Origin: Xylographa opegraphella
Lineage: Eukaryota
Direction: 5' to 3'
DNA: 64,000 nt
Assembly (NCBI GenBank): GCA_022813865.1
Contig: JALDZX010000003.1
Coordinates: 62,001 to 126,000 of the forward strand
Each line of letters begins with the position of its first letter. Within the stretch, counting starts at the first letter, position 1. Positions 27,501 through 39,486 of the stretch are shown here, piece after piece. The notes below the pieces were generated by a model, which was not told where the DNA came from, searched no databases, and saw only the letters and a program-made list of their open reading frames with translations. The position numbers were made by a program, and so were the translations under genes.

Positions 27501-29498
27501 CCTGACACTCGCCATGGCTGCTACACGTGGTCGATGTGTGCCTTGTCCATGCAGAAGCTTCAAAAAGTTTGTGGTAGTAGACAACAGCGTTGTGCAGAGT
27601 CTTTGATCCGCATATCCTGCTGAACGACGTTTTAGTTCCTCGGTGTCACAAATTGAACATTGGCCTGAAGCGAGTGACCATGTTTTTGCAGATTTACACG
27701 GTGTTCTTCCAATGGATGTAAACAATTCACACTGATCATCTTCGGATAAGGATGGGAAACTTGAGCTGCAGTTCCCAGCATTAGCGGTATTGAGGATTTC
27801 AGTGTTGCGCACATCATCTTACGCTGCGCTCTTATCAAATTCATCTAAGCCAGAATTGAGAGGTAATTGTAAGATAGAATAGACATCTCCTATGACCATC
27901 TCCGCTGTCCCGAACGAAAATGAAGATGTTTCGATATCAGATAGACGTGCCCGTTTGTGGGGCCTTCTTGGCTCATCATCACCTCCCTGTTCATTAGTAA
28001 CTTTGAGAATACGGTGAAAGGCATCTCTCAGCGTAGAATCTTCAAAATCCAATAGCTCTTGCTGAGATGGCGTGACTGGACTCTGAATTCCACCGCTAAT
28101 AGAATAATAGGCGGCAAGCGCCAGTGCCCTCTGACCACGTTAGCTTGAGCCAAGATGAGTATAACAGAACCAACCTGTAGATCAAGGCTTCGGCTATCTA
28201 CATAGCTGCGCCGACCATCTTCTGGAAGTATTGAGGCTCCAAGACGCTCCTGGTAAATCTCTAGAACGCGACTGAATCTGTTGCCAACAGCGAGCAAGTC
28301 ATAGATCGACCAGCATATCGCAATCTCCAGAACAAAACTCAATTCTTCGGGCTCAGATTGAAGAAGAAAAAAAATGAAGTCAGAAAGTAAAGCGGCAGCC
28401 TGAAGCATTTCGGCACTTTCGTATCTGTACCGAGAAGCGGGTTCCAGACATAAACATAGCGCTTTGAGGTAGGCACTATAACATCTATCCCTAGATGAGC
28501 TCGAAATGATGGGCACCTGACCTGGCCCGATGATGCGCCAAACCCTTGTCAAGCAATCAAGAACCCAATCGGAATTGGATCTCATTTTTTTGCCGGGTAA
28601 CTGAATGGGTTTGCCAATCTCAGGGTTTAACAAGATGAGAAGAAGGTGCACAATAATCACAATATCTTGGGACAAATCATCGTGCTTGATACTGGATACA
28701 GTCTTCGGTCTTTCAGGCTCCAGAAATTGCCGGTATAATTCCACAACAGTGTCATTCGTAGGCACCCGGAACGACTCTGGGACTATTTCGCCCTCTTGTA
28801 CAGCATCGACATAAAACAATAGATCTATTCCATATGTTACCAGAAAATTAAAATCATTGATACCAACATATCATTCGCAAACCTTTAATACAACCTCGAA
28901 TGTACTTTAATACAGGACGTAGCCTGATCCTGGAAGTAGAGGCTCTTGTCTGAACCGAAAGTGTGGTACCAAGGACATTTGCGGTCCCTTCGCTTACCTC
29001 CTTGTCAAGCCCGTGGCTTAGAAGATTGATTAATTGAGGCACAAGCCAAAGAAAGAGTGGTCCGCCTGGGCGAACGGTTGGATCATTGCTACCAGGAACC
29101 CAGAAGAGAACTTCCGGATAACGGCGTATAGTCAAGTCAACCACCGCAAGAGTGTTCAGGGCTTGGACCTGCACATCTCTGGTATTGTCAAATGGATTGT
29201 CTGACGAGAGAACCTCGAGTCCGGCTCTGACTATGGTGTATATCAGTCGGTAATTCACCTCGATGCTTGTTTCGATCGCTTCTGATAGCGGATCACCATC
29301 TCGTTCAGCATCAAGGATCATCTGCAGAAGCTGCCGCAGATCAGCTTGCTTGTCAGTAGAGTCTGATAAACGCCGAGCGCTCGCAAGATTATCAACGATT
29401 TGAGCGGCGAAAGTGGACGGCGGCAATTGTCCATTCATCTGGTGTCCGTTGACTTCGCTCTGGGGCTGCCCAGGTTTAGCAGCCCTCTGCGTCGTCAT
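21543..29498 (-). CDS. MEC1: PIKK checkpoint kinase ATR (Mec1/Rad3/UvsB), multi-exon
   Basis: Kinase motifs CKPKDDLRKDQRLMEF, LGLGDRHGENI, HVDFNCLFDKG, PELVPFRLTHNM; FATC end LAAMYIGWCAFF; FAT segment IDEPDGIEGIS; upstream HEAT/UME-like exons. Confidence 0.95.
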
Positions 29499-29566
29499 TT
29501 AGTAGAGAGGTATCCCATTGATCAGTGAAGATCTATGTGCTTAACCAATTGTTATGAAAACATACA

Positions 29567-29572
29567 ACGCGT
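29567..29572. promoter_or_regulatory. MCB box (ACGCGT) within palindrome ACAACGCGTTGT in the MEC1/TAD2 bidirectional promoter
   Basis: Exact ACGCGT about 70 bp upstream of the MEC1 ATG. Confidence 0.5.
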
Positions 29573-29681
29573 TGTTGATTAGAGTAGACTAGGATAAATA
29601 GTCGAATAATACCGTAATTTATGCTCGTAGTCTCCCACCAAGCAGTATTATGATGGATGTGTGAGTACAACAAAGAGAGAC

Positions 29682-30453
<772 letters not shown>

Positions 30454-30619
30454 CTGTAGAGAATATCGTTCTGTATCGATAGCTGCTCTAACTGACGATC
30501 GCAAGTCTAACAGCGAGCTAAGTGCAGACAGCATGGGCATAAAGTATAGGTAAGAAGCACATATTCAGGTTGCAGACGTCATTTATTGAACAAGGTTTGA
30601 AGCCGCATGTAAATTTCAT

Positions 30620-31405
30620 CTAGCTCTTAGTTCTCTCCGCCTCAAGCTCCCTCTCCGCCTGTTGGTAGTACTTCGCAGTATCCACACCATGCTTTCTAAA
30701 TGTCAGCAAATATTACTCTCTACTCAATCCCCAAACTCCACACCGTACCTGTTCATGATTCACAAGATTAAACCACGGGATAACGTGCAACCACACGCCC
30801 GAGTACCTCGAGTTCCGCGACGCAACCCCCTGCATATGCGGCGACAACGACGACTTCCCATACAGCGGTTCCCCCTTCTTGACCTTCTCCACCATCTCCC
30901 GCATATCCATCTCGATCTCCCGCTTGTTTTCCCGGAAGCCGTAGAACCGCACTGCGCGCAGCGTCAGAGAAGTGCTTCCCCTTAGCAAAAGCTACTCGTC
31001 AAGCGGGGGCCTCACTTGTAGATCGTTCAGTGCAGTACAAGAATCCTCCGATTAGGCCTAAAGCTCCTGCCAAACGCATGATGGGTGCGAATCCCCCTTT
31101 GCCCACATGGGACGGGGCGATGCGTTCCCAGAGGAGCATCATTCCTGGTACGGAGGCCCCAAGAGCGGCACCGGCGAGGTAGTCCGATGGCCTGGCATAT
31201 CGAATGACTCTTTTCAGATGGCTATGGTTCGGTTAGGGAGATGAGCTCGTGCAGGAAATATACGAGGGGCTTACGGATCGTTGTCGATGAGCTGGGCGGT
31301 TGGATTAGCTGACGGAAGAACAACACATCGAGCACTACTTACTGGGTACGGAGTATCAAGCGTCTTTGAGGGCACATACGGCCGAGGCTGTTGTTGCGTC
31401 GTCAT
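30620..31405 (-). CDS. NADH-ubiquinone oxidoreductase 21 kDa (NUXM-type) accessory subunit, multi-exon
   Basis: DTPYP/LIDNDP/HLKRVIRYARPSDY, RFYGFRENKREIEMDMREMVEKVKKGEPLYGKSSL, SRNSRYS, HGVDTAKYYQQAERELEAE. Confidence 0.9.
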
Positions 31406-31661
31406 CGCGGCACTCCAGCAATGGCTCGACGAAAGCTCGGCCTTGGAGGTTGTTGCTGCGGAGGTGTATTTTAGGCTTGAAGTGGATTTATCAATTGGAG
31501 GCGCGAATAGATAAAAGTGGGGGGTGTAGTGATTATGCGCGCGTAGGCTTATGATCGCGTCTTCCCCCACCTTTTTGAGCTATACTACAAATCGAAGTAT
31601 CACGACTTGTGTGTTCGTACTTCAACATTACAACTATTCACCCTACAATCCACCGTACAAG

Positions 31662-32718
31662 ATGCCGGCTCCAACCAGCACCACCACCTCCCTCCCACCA
31701 CCCGGCGACGACCTCGACGACCTCTTCAACTACGACGTCGAAACCGACGATGTCTTCCGCGACTACAACCCAGCCATGGACGCCCCCGTCCAAAGCACCA
31801 CCCCCCCACAACCCAAAGCCACCGACCTCGGCATCGACGAAGAAATCCAAGTCACCAAGAAACGCAAACCTATCGCCAAGCTCGACGAGACCAGGCGAGT
31901 AGACGCGACGCCCTTCATCGCTCTACTAAAAACGCTAACAGGCCCCTACAGATTACTCTCCCAAGCCGGGATCCCCAAACTTCGGCGCATCACGAAGGAG
32001 AGACTGAGATTCAAGGGCAAGGGCCACGAGGTAAGGCACCCGCCCCTCCACATGCACGTAGCTTCGGCGATCTGACCATCGCGGGTCGAAGTACTCGGAC
32101 GCCGCTCAGCTCCTGAACCTGTACCAGCTCTGGCTCGACGACCTGTACCCGCGCGCGAAGTTCGCCGACGGCTTGGCCATGATCGAGAAGCTGGGCCACA
32201 GCAAGCGGCTGCAGACGATGCGGCGCGAGTGGATCAAAGAGGGCAAGCCGTTGGAGGCACGACGGGAAGACGAGGCTTCAAGCAGCGAAGGAGCACCGCT
32301 CCCGAAAGCCAGTGCGGCCAAGGGGACCAGCACGGAAGAAAGCGCTGTGAATACCCGCATGGCTGCCCCCAAGGAGACGGCATCGCTTCCACCAAGCAGC
32401 AAGCCTGCCACCTCGACGTCCAAGAACTCCAAGGAGGAGAGCCTCTTCGTCTCCGACGACGAATTGGACACTCACCCCTCGGACGACGAGCTCGACGCGC
32501 TCTTCGCCGAGAACGCCCCGCTCACCAACACCACCGTCACTACCCTAGCGGTCCCTACGCCCTACGAAGCAGAGCAGCACGCGTCCGAAGACGACGAGCT
32601 GGACGCCCTCCTCGCCGAAGATACATTCAAGACCCGTTCCGCACCACCCCCCACCGAGAAGCACGACGACTTCGAAGACGAGATGGAAGCCATGGCCGGC
32701 ATGGACGACATGTGGTGA
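31662..32718 (+). CDS. CSM3: Replication fork protection subunit Csm3/Swi3 (Tipin), 3 exons
   Basis: KLDETRLLSQAGIPKLR, FKGKGHE, LLNLYQLWLDDLYPRAKFADGLAMIEKLGH (Swi3 domain), acidic DDELDALL tail. Confidence 0.92.
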
Positions 32719-32943
32719 ACGTCTTCGTCCCCACATTTCTAATCAATGGCTAGCTAGCAAGCAAGCATAGCGCAGGCGTTACAAGGAAAATCCCAGAGAT
32801 ACTCTAATCCAAAGATCAAAACCCTCTTCAACATCCCGCTTTCCTGAAACGGACGCTCCATAGCATGATGAATTAATCAACCCCCCTCGCGGTCTCCCAT
32901 GCCTATTCGCCCTGATCAATCATACATTACTTTCACGTCACGC

Positions 32944-35171
32944 TCACACTATCGCCACGCTCCCACCATCCTCCACATGCCGCCGCCACTCATCCACCCG
33001 CTCCCCCGGCGTATTGCGCGTCAGCCCCGCCATCGCCGAATGCCGCGTGACGGGCTCACACGCCGCAGCCGCAAGCGGCGTCACCCTGCCAGGCGCTATG
33101 TAATCCGCAGCACCCCGCCTCGGGCCGTGCGCTACCAGACCGTCGTAGCGGCGCGAGGCGGCCGAACATTGGCGCAACAGCACCGGCGGCGGCGGCGGTG
33201 GAGGCGGAGGCGGAGGGTTGGTGACTTGAGCGGGGACATAATTCGCAGCCAGGACACCGGTGGCGCGGTTGACGAAGTGCTCGTTGAGGAAGTGGCCGGC
33301 CGCATTCCCGACGGCGAGAACGCCGGCGGGGTACTGGTGATTGCCCTGCTCTCCGAGATGCAAGCCTTGCACCCTACGAGCGAAAGCCTCGTCGTCGCGC
33401 TCCTGCACTCGACGGCGGTCCAGCTCCTCGTGGTAGGCGCGGGGCAGGACGCGGTCGGCGGGGCGCAAGCCGTCGAAGCCGCGCGCCTGGGCGACGTTGA
33501 GGTGCAGCAGGCGGTCGTGCTCGACGGCGGCGTAGTTGAACCACGGGCAGTCGCAGCTCTTCCACTTGGCGCCGCAGATCATGCAGAACTCGGCCCGGCA
33601 CCGGCACGTCATGTGGTTGCAGCCCTCCTTCAGCTCGACGGTCGCCGAGCAGTTGAAGCACCGCTGCCAGCCCTGCGCTTGGGCGATCGCCGCGAACTGC
33701 GCGGTGGCGTCGTCCGCGGGGCATTCACGGCTGCTGTGCCAGCGCCCGTTGCAGGTCGCGCACACTTTGGTCTTGCAGCGCGAGCATTTGCCGTAACTGC
33801 GTCCGCCGTTGTCGGGGCCGCCGGAGGGGTCGGGGTGGATGTGGGCAGGCTTAATCCACTCGCCGCAACCTTTGGCGGGACAGTACAGGCGGTTTGCGGT
33901 GGTATATTCTTGGTATTTCTTGTTCCACTTCATCTTGAACTTGAGGTCGAAGAGCTTGTCGACGTGCTTCAAGGGGATGTGCTCGGAGGTACAGCAGGTA
34001 GGAGGCATGTGCGCAGGGTCGGTAACGGACATGGTGAAGATACGACGGAGGCAGGCGTGGCACATGCGATGGCCGCAAGCAAGTTTCGCAGATTTAGAGA
34101 CGGGTATATCGTCAGACATGCAAGTAAGACACTCGATCCTGTATACAAATTAGCAGGAGGTGGCAACAGTAGCCAGGTCCGACCCTGAATTGTTTGGGCA
34201 ATAGACTTACTGTGCTTCTGGGCTTGCGACCTTCTGCCCACCAAATATCGAACCAAGAATATTGGATGGCCTTTCAATTTTGCGAGACGAAGTAACAACA
34301 GTCTCCACATCTTCGCGTACTGGTGGTAAAGATGGCTGTCCTGCCGCAACTCGACGAACTCTGCGAACCGAAGTCTGACTTCGGACCAGAGTAGGTCGAG
34401 AGACAGACCGCGAGGTCTCACGCATTGACGCACTTCTATTGAAGGTGAGTAGATGGGTCGAGCATGGTAGTCCTTAGCACAAGCCTACCTTGCTACTCGA
34501 GGTTCGTGTTTGCTCGTAATGGTTTCGATGTTCGTACCTAGCCTTCGGGGTTCTTTTGAGTGTACACGCGTATCTCCAGCATCAGACGAGGTCCGCCGTA
34601 TACCCATCGGTCTTGCACTCCTGCGGATCTCCTTGTGTTCTGTAGTGCGACTTTGTCCATCGAGACCCAACGTTCTTAAAACCCGCCTCCGGTCCGGTAG
34701 CAGACTTGTACTTCTATCTCTATCTTCGGACCCAGGTGTTCGTGGAGAAGTCCGGCTCCTTCTGACTCTTCGCTCATCCATCGACTTGTAGACATAGACC
34801 CCATCGTCAGCTGTTTGCTCCTCTTTCTGCTTCCTCCGTCGATGCCTATGACCAGCATGGCTTCCGCTCCGGTCGAGGTAGCCACTAGAGGCTGTCACAT
34901 CTAACCTAGAGTCACCCCTGACAGAAGTGCGGTGGCGCTGTTCCCTATCCTGAGCCATCGGTCGACCGAATGCGCTGCAACGGTCCTTGGTAGGGGTTCC
35001 GTAGTAATCTATGCGAGCTTCGCGGAGCTTCTCAACCTCAGGGACATCAGCATAATCTTCGCTAGAAGATGTGGAAGATGTAGAGCCGTGGGGCTTGTGT
35101 TTCGAGGCCCTTGTGCGACGACTAGAATGATGCTGTCTTTGCACCGGAGCTATTGACGAGGCTGCCGCCAT
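32944..35171 (-). CDS. RBR (RING-IBR-RING) E3 ubiquitin ligase, about 3 exons
   Basis: RING1 LACGHRMCHACL, IBR YCPAKGC...CSRC...CATCNGRWH, RING2 QRCFNC...VELKEGCNHMTCRCRAEFCMICG; low-complexity basic N-terminus. Confidence 0.88.
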
Positions 35172-35850
35172 GTGGACGTCTTGTGGCGAGTAGGAAAATC
35201 GGCTTATTCAAACCGCCCCATCGAATGAGAGCGCGAGTGTGCCATACACCATCTGGTAGACTGCCAGTCTCAGGGCAGGAGAGTGGCTGCAGGGTCAACG
35301 GGACTTGCTTGTCATTGGGCTGTCATGCAGTTTTCCTGTGGTCGTGTGATGCAGCCAATAAGCGTTGAGCGGATTTCATATTACTGGACGATAACATTTT
35401 GGGACATTTGACAGCGAAGATAAGTTTGCTGGAATTTTTTGCCATGTTTCTAGTAACGATTAAGGTAATGACGAGACTACTCGAGGTAGGGAAGCCAGCA
35501 TATTAGCAGCACTGTAGTCCATTCTCAATCTCCCTGTCAGCTTTCTGACCAGACAGGTACAAAGCTTGTCAACAATATCGTAAGCGGAGGTGTTTCCACT
35601 TCTGGACCGAGCCCTTGGAACCCAATGCCGCCTTTCACTTGAGAGATAGAAATAAAGCAACTGTAGCTTCTATTTCCAAGAAAACATAAAATAGTATCTC
35701 TGTGCCGGCTTAGTTGACAGCTACCGCGCAATGCTAAGAAATTGTAAACACTACAGTGCATTCCGTCTAATGAAACGCCGACGCTCATACAAGCCATCTA
35801 CCCGATTTACGGCAGCGGCAGAAAACCAGCCCTTAAGCAAACTCTTCTTG

Positions 35851-37596
35851 TCATCTCACACGATAGATTCGACCCTCCCATCCCTTCAGCCAGCCCCTCT
35901 CCTCGTCCCCATCCTCGCAATTCCCCATCAACACCTCCCACTCCCTCTCCGCACCCCACTCCGCAGGTACATACACGCCCCTCCTGTCCCCCGAGAAGTT
36001 CAAGCACACAAGCACCCGCTCGCCTTCCCAGGTTTTCGCGAATGTCAGCGTATACTCGTTCATGGGGTCGTACATCTCAAAGTCCCCATAGATGAAACAA
36101 TCCCGATGGTCCTTTCGCATCCGCAATATTGTTTTCCAGAATTGCAGAATGCTGTGAGGATCGGCCACCTGGCTGGCCACGTTAATAGATGAGTACTCAT
36201 CATGAACTCGCATCCAGGGCTCGACGGTCGAGAAGCCTGCGTGTGGGGACGAGTCCCACTGCACAGGCGTGCGGGCATTATCACGTCCCACGGCACGAAT
36301 GCCATCAACAGCCGTGGCGATGGCGGAGTGAGAGTTTTGGGACCGGGCACGGATGAGGGAGAGGTAATTGATAGCTTCGATATCTTTGAAATCCTCGGCT
36401 TGCCAGGAATTTGGAACGTTAATCATGCCAATTTCTTGGCCCTGGTATATATACAGCGTGCCGGTAAGAGTAGCGAGCAGCATGGCAAGAAGCTTGCCAG
36501 AGCGGACTCGATTCTGAGGTGACTCTGAGGCGAAACGGGAGATGGAGCGGGCTTGGTCATGATTCTCGAGGAAAGCGGTAGTCCATGCGTCGGTGCCAGT
36601 TATGAGAGTCTGGAGCCGGGCGATTGTCGCCTTCAGTGTGGTCAGCGGAAATGGCACAGTCTCGAATTTGTAATCAGAGCCTTGGCCGAGGTCAACAATG
36701 TCGAATTGGAACACCATATTTAACATTGGGTCTTTAGCGGAGATGTAGCGCAGCACGGAAGGAGCATCGGGTGTATGCGGTAGCTCGCCAACGGTCATGC
36801 AGTCGTAGTGGCGGAGGACTTTCTCGTGGAGCTCGCGAAGGAACTCATGCATGCGTGGCCCGTTACAGAATAGATGCGGTCCAAATTGGAGTTCCGCTGA
36901 GGGATCCACTATTGGGGCATCTGGAAGAGTGGTGCCTTTGCTGTACATGTTGACGGTGTCAATACGGAATCCATCGACGCCTTTGTCGAGCCAGAACTTG
37001 ACCGCACTGGCGTACACAGCATCACGAGTGATTGAATTCTCCCAGTTGAGATCGGGCTGTTCGGGACAGAAGAGGTGAAGGAAATATTCCTGCGACACCT
37101 CGTCCCACTTCCAAGCACTACCACCGAAATGTGCTCGCCAGTTATTTGGGGGTTTCCTGTTTCCTTCTTTGTCATATTTGGCAGGACGCCAGATGTACCA
37201 GTCTCGCTTCGAGTTGTCTTTGGAGGATCGTGACTGTTTGAACCACGCATGTTGGTCCGAAGTATGGTTGATAACTAGGTCAAATATGATCCGCATGCCA
37301 CGGTCGTGACAACCTTGGATCAGCGCTTCAGCGTCCGCAAGAGTCCCGTACTTCGGGTATATATCTTCGTAATTGGAGATGTCATAGCCCATATCTTTCT
37401 GGGGACTATCATACATTGGCGATACCCAGAGGATATCGACACCCAGATCCTTAAGGTAATCAAGGGTGGATATGATGCCCTGGATGTCACCAATTCCATC
37501 ACCATTCGAATCCTTATAGCTTGCCGGCCAGACCTGGTAGACTGTACCCTCCTTCCACCAGATCCTTTTATGCATTGATGGTTGTAAAGATCCCAT
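35851..37596 (-). CDS. GH13 intracellular alpha-glucosidase/maltase (oligo-1,6-glucosidase-like), intronless
   Basis: WWKEGTVYQVWPASYKDSNGDGIGD, DLVINHTS, catalytic GFRIDT, TVGE, FLENHD, YQGQEIGM, GRDNARTPVQW; no signal peptide. Confidence 0.95.
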   Translation of the reverse strand: MGSLQPSMHKRIWWKEGTVYQVWPASYKDSNGDGIGDIQGIISTLDYLKDLGVDILWVSPMYDSPQKDMGYDISNYEDIYPKYGTLADAEALIQGCHDRGMRIIFDLVINHTSDQHAWFKQSRSSKDNSKRDWYIWRPAKYDKEGNRKPPNNWRAHFGGSAWKWDEVSQEYFLHLFCPEQPDLNWENSITRDAVYASAVKFWLDKGVDGFRIDTVNMYSKGTTLPDAPIVDPSAELQFGPHLFCNGPRMHEFLRELHEKVLRHYDCMTVGELPHTPDAPSVLRYISAKDPMLNMVFQFDIVDLGQGSDYKFETVPFPLTTLKATIARLQTLITGTDAWTTAFLENHDQARSISRFASESPQNRVRSGKLLAMLLATLTGTLYIYQGQEIGMINVPNSWQAEDFKDIEAINYLSLIRARSQNSHSAIATAVDGIRAVGRDNARTPVQWDSSPHAGFSTVEPWMRVHDEYSSINVASQVADPHSILQFWKTILRMRKDHRDCFIYGDFEMYDPMNEYTLTFAKTWEGERVLVCLNFSGDRRGVYVPAEWGAEREWEVLMGNCEDGDEERGWLKGWEGRIYRVR

Positions 37597-37745
37597 TTTG
37601 GCTATAATTCCGAGAAGTGTCCTAGAAATAGCAAGGAAGCCGCTTCAGACAATTGTCACTTCGCAAAAAAAAAAAAAAGGTTGAACGAGGAAAGCTGATG
37701 GCTCGAAGGAAGAGTACAAGAGCAATACCGAACGATGTAGCTGCA

Positions 37746-37779
37746 CCTAATGATAAGCTGCCCCTAATGATAAGCTGCC
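37746..37779. promoter_or_regulatory. Perfect 17-bp direct duplication, each copy with a GATAAG site
   Basis: cctaatgataagctgcc x2, about 150-180 bp upstream of the maltase ATG. Confidence 0.6.
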
Positions 37780-39486
37780 CGATTGCCCTGCAGCAATGCG
37801 GGAGCGCATGGAGCTGGCGCTCGTAGACCTGCTACGAAGTCTCGTGCAGGAGAACTGGGAGGAACGCGATAAAGAATCCCGCGCCGCGGATATAGGAAAT
37901 GACGTTCTTGTGTGGAGATGCGGTCGTTCACATGCTCGTTTGGTGTTTGCTTCCAGAGACTGCGTTGGTGATATTGGCCACTAACTGAGTTGTGGAGCTC
38001 AGTGTACCTGGTGACCTACCTAACTTTCCAGCTTCTGCTGAGCGATTAGGTCTCATCGCACCTACCTAGCTAGTCTCATGAAAAGGGCCGGAATGCAGCA
38101 CCACATCATTATTGGAGACCGACGGTTGATAGTTGGGACATGCCACCTTGTCTATCGGTCCGAATGAGAGGCTTCTCGGCCGTCCGATGCCCATGTAGTA
38201 GTGCTTACCTACCTTTAGGTATGCCAAGATGAAGGGAGACGTTCATGCACGTAGAGCAGATCACTGCGTCGAGCTTGAGGTAAGTTGGGACCAACATGAG
38301 GCCCGCACACGAGCCACCGTCTTTCTTATCGGACCGATTGGCAATATGGGCACTCGGCTATTGGACTCGGGTGGCGCTTAGAGGACTCGAGTCAGTCGTG
38401 CAGGCTAGTGGTCTTAGTCTCTGGCAACATTGCTTAAGGTGTCCAGGTCTAGCAGACTAGCACCTAGTCGTTTCCCCCGCAAAACCTATCTCAGTTATCC
38501 TAAACGACTGTTCAAGACACCAACTATTGCTGACGGGATGTCGATCAGCGCTCGTGCTGTGTGACCTCTCTCGTCATCGCCAACTCGACGTTATCCTGAG
38601 CTGAGGTGAACTCTTCTCGTCCCGCCCGCCATACGGATGTCACCTCCAAACCAGGATTCGACATGAGGGGTGTGCCTCGAGATTCTGGGGAACAAATCAG
38701 CCACGCTGCACGACTTGGTGCCACCACACCTGTGAGTCCGATAGTACTTCCGACTCATCTAGCATCCATGCCCGCCCTTGGAGCCTGTCAAAGCGAGCCT
38801 CGGTCCTGCTACAGCACCTTTGCGGATTGGGTCGCTCCCCCTGCGGTCGCCTATCCATTGGATATCCACGTTCCCGTCCTAGCATTATCTCTCGAGGTCT
38901 TAGGCCTCCGTCAGAGGCGCCATTGCTGCTTCCAGCTCTGGATTCTAGATCGTCGTCCAGGTTGAAAATGGTGCACGCCATGACTGCACATCTAATTCAG
39001 TGGGTGTTTATGGTGAGACGTTCGAAAACTGGATGAGGTATTCGAGTCCACAGTGTGCAGACAAACACACCGGTCTTGACGGGTGGTTGCGAGGCCAAGT
39101 CGATATGGTTGGAGCGGTCAGCCTTGGACACCAATTTTCGGGCGAATATCAAACCCTGCAGGCGTCGTGACCGGCCGAAACATCGTACCTTATTCCTTGG
39201 AGGACCGGCCCATCAGCTGCGACTGGGAACCCCGCATCTTGCATCGTGCATCGTGCAGCCCAGATGGCATGCAATGAGGTGTGGAGGATGCAGGTGAATA
39301 TAAAACGTTCCTTCCTCCCCTGTATTTCCTGCATATCATCATCTGGCAAGCTTGCCTTTGCGCCTACTGTGCGGCCTAAAGTGCTGGAAATCAACATTCA
39401 TCAAGATATAAATTTGTCAAGCTACATCTCTATCCTCCTTTCGATATCTATTCCCCGACGGAGTCAGACTCAGGACTGCTTTCATC

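Noticed and set aside
32899..34188. 429-aa + strand ORF
   Set aside because: Antisense mirror of the GC-rich RBR ligase exon; no domain-like sequence.
38545..39036. ORFs inside the MAL divergent spacer as a remnant regulator
   Set aside because: No Zn2Cys6 or other motif. A by-eye scan also found no clean CGG-N8-(C/A)GG AmyR site.
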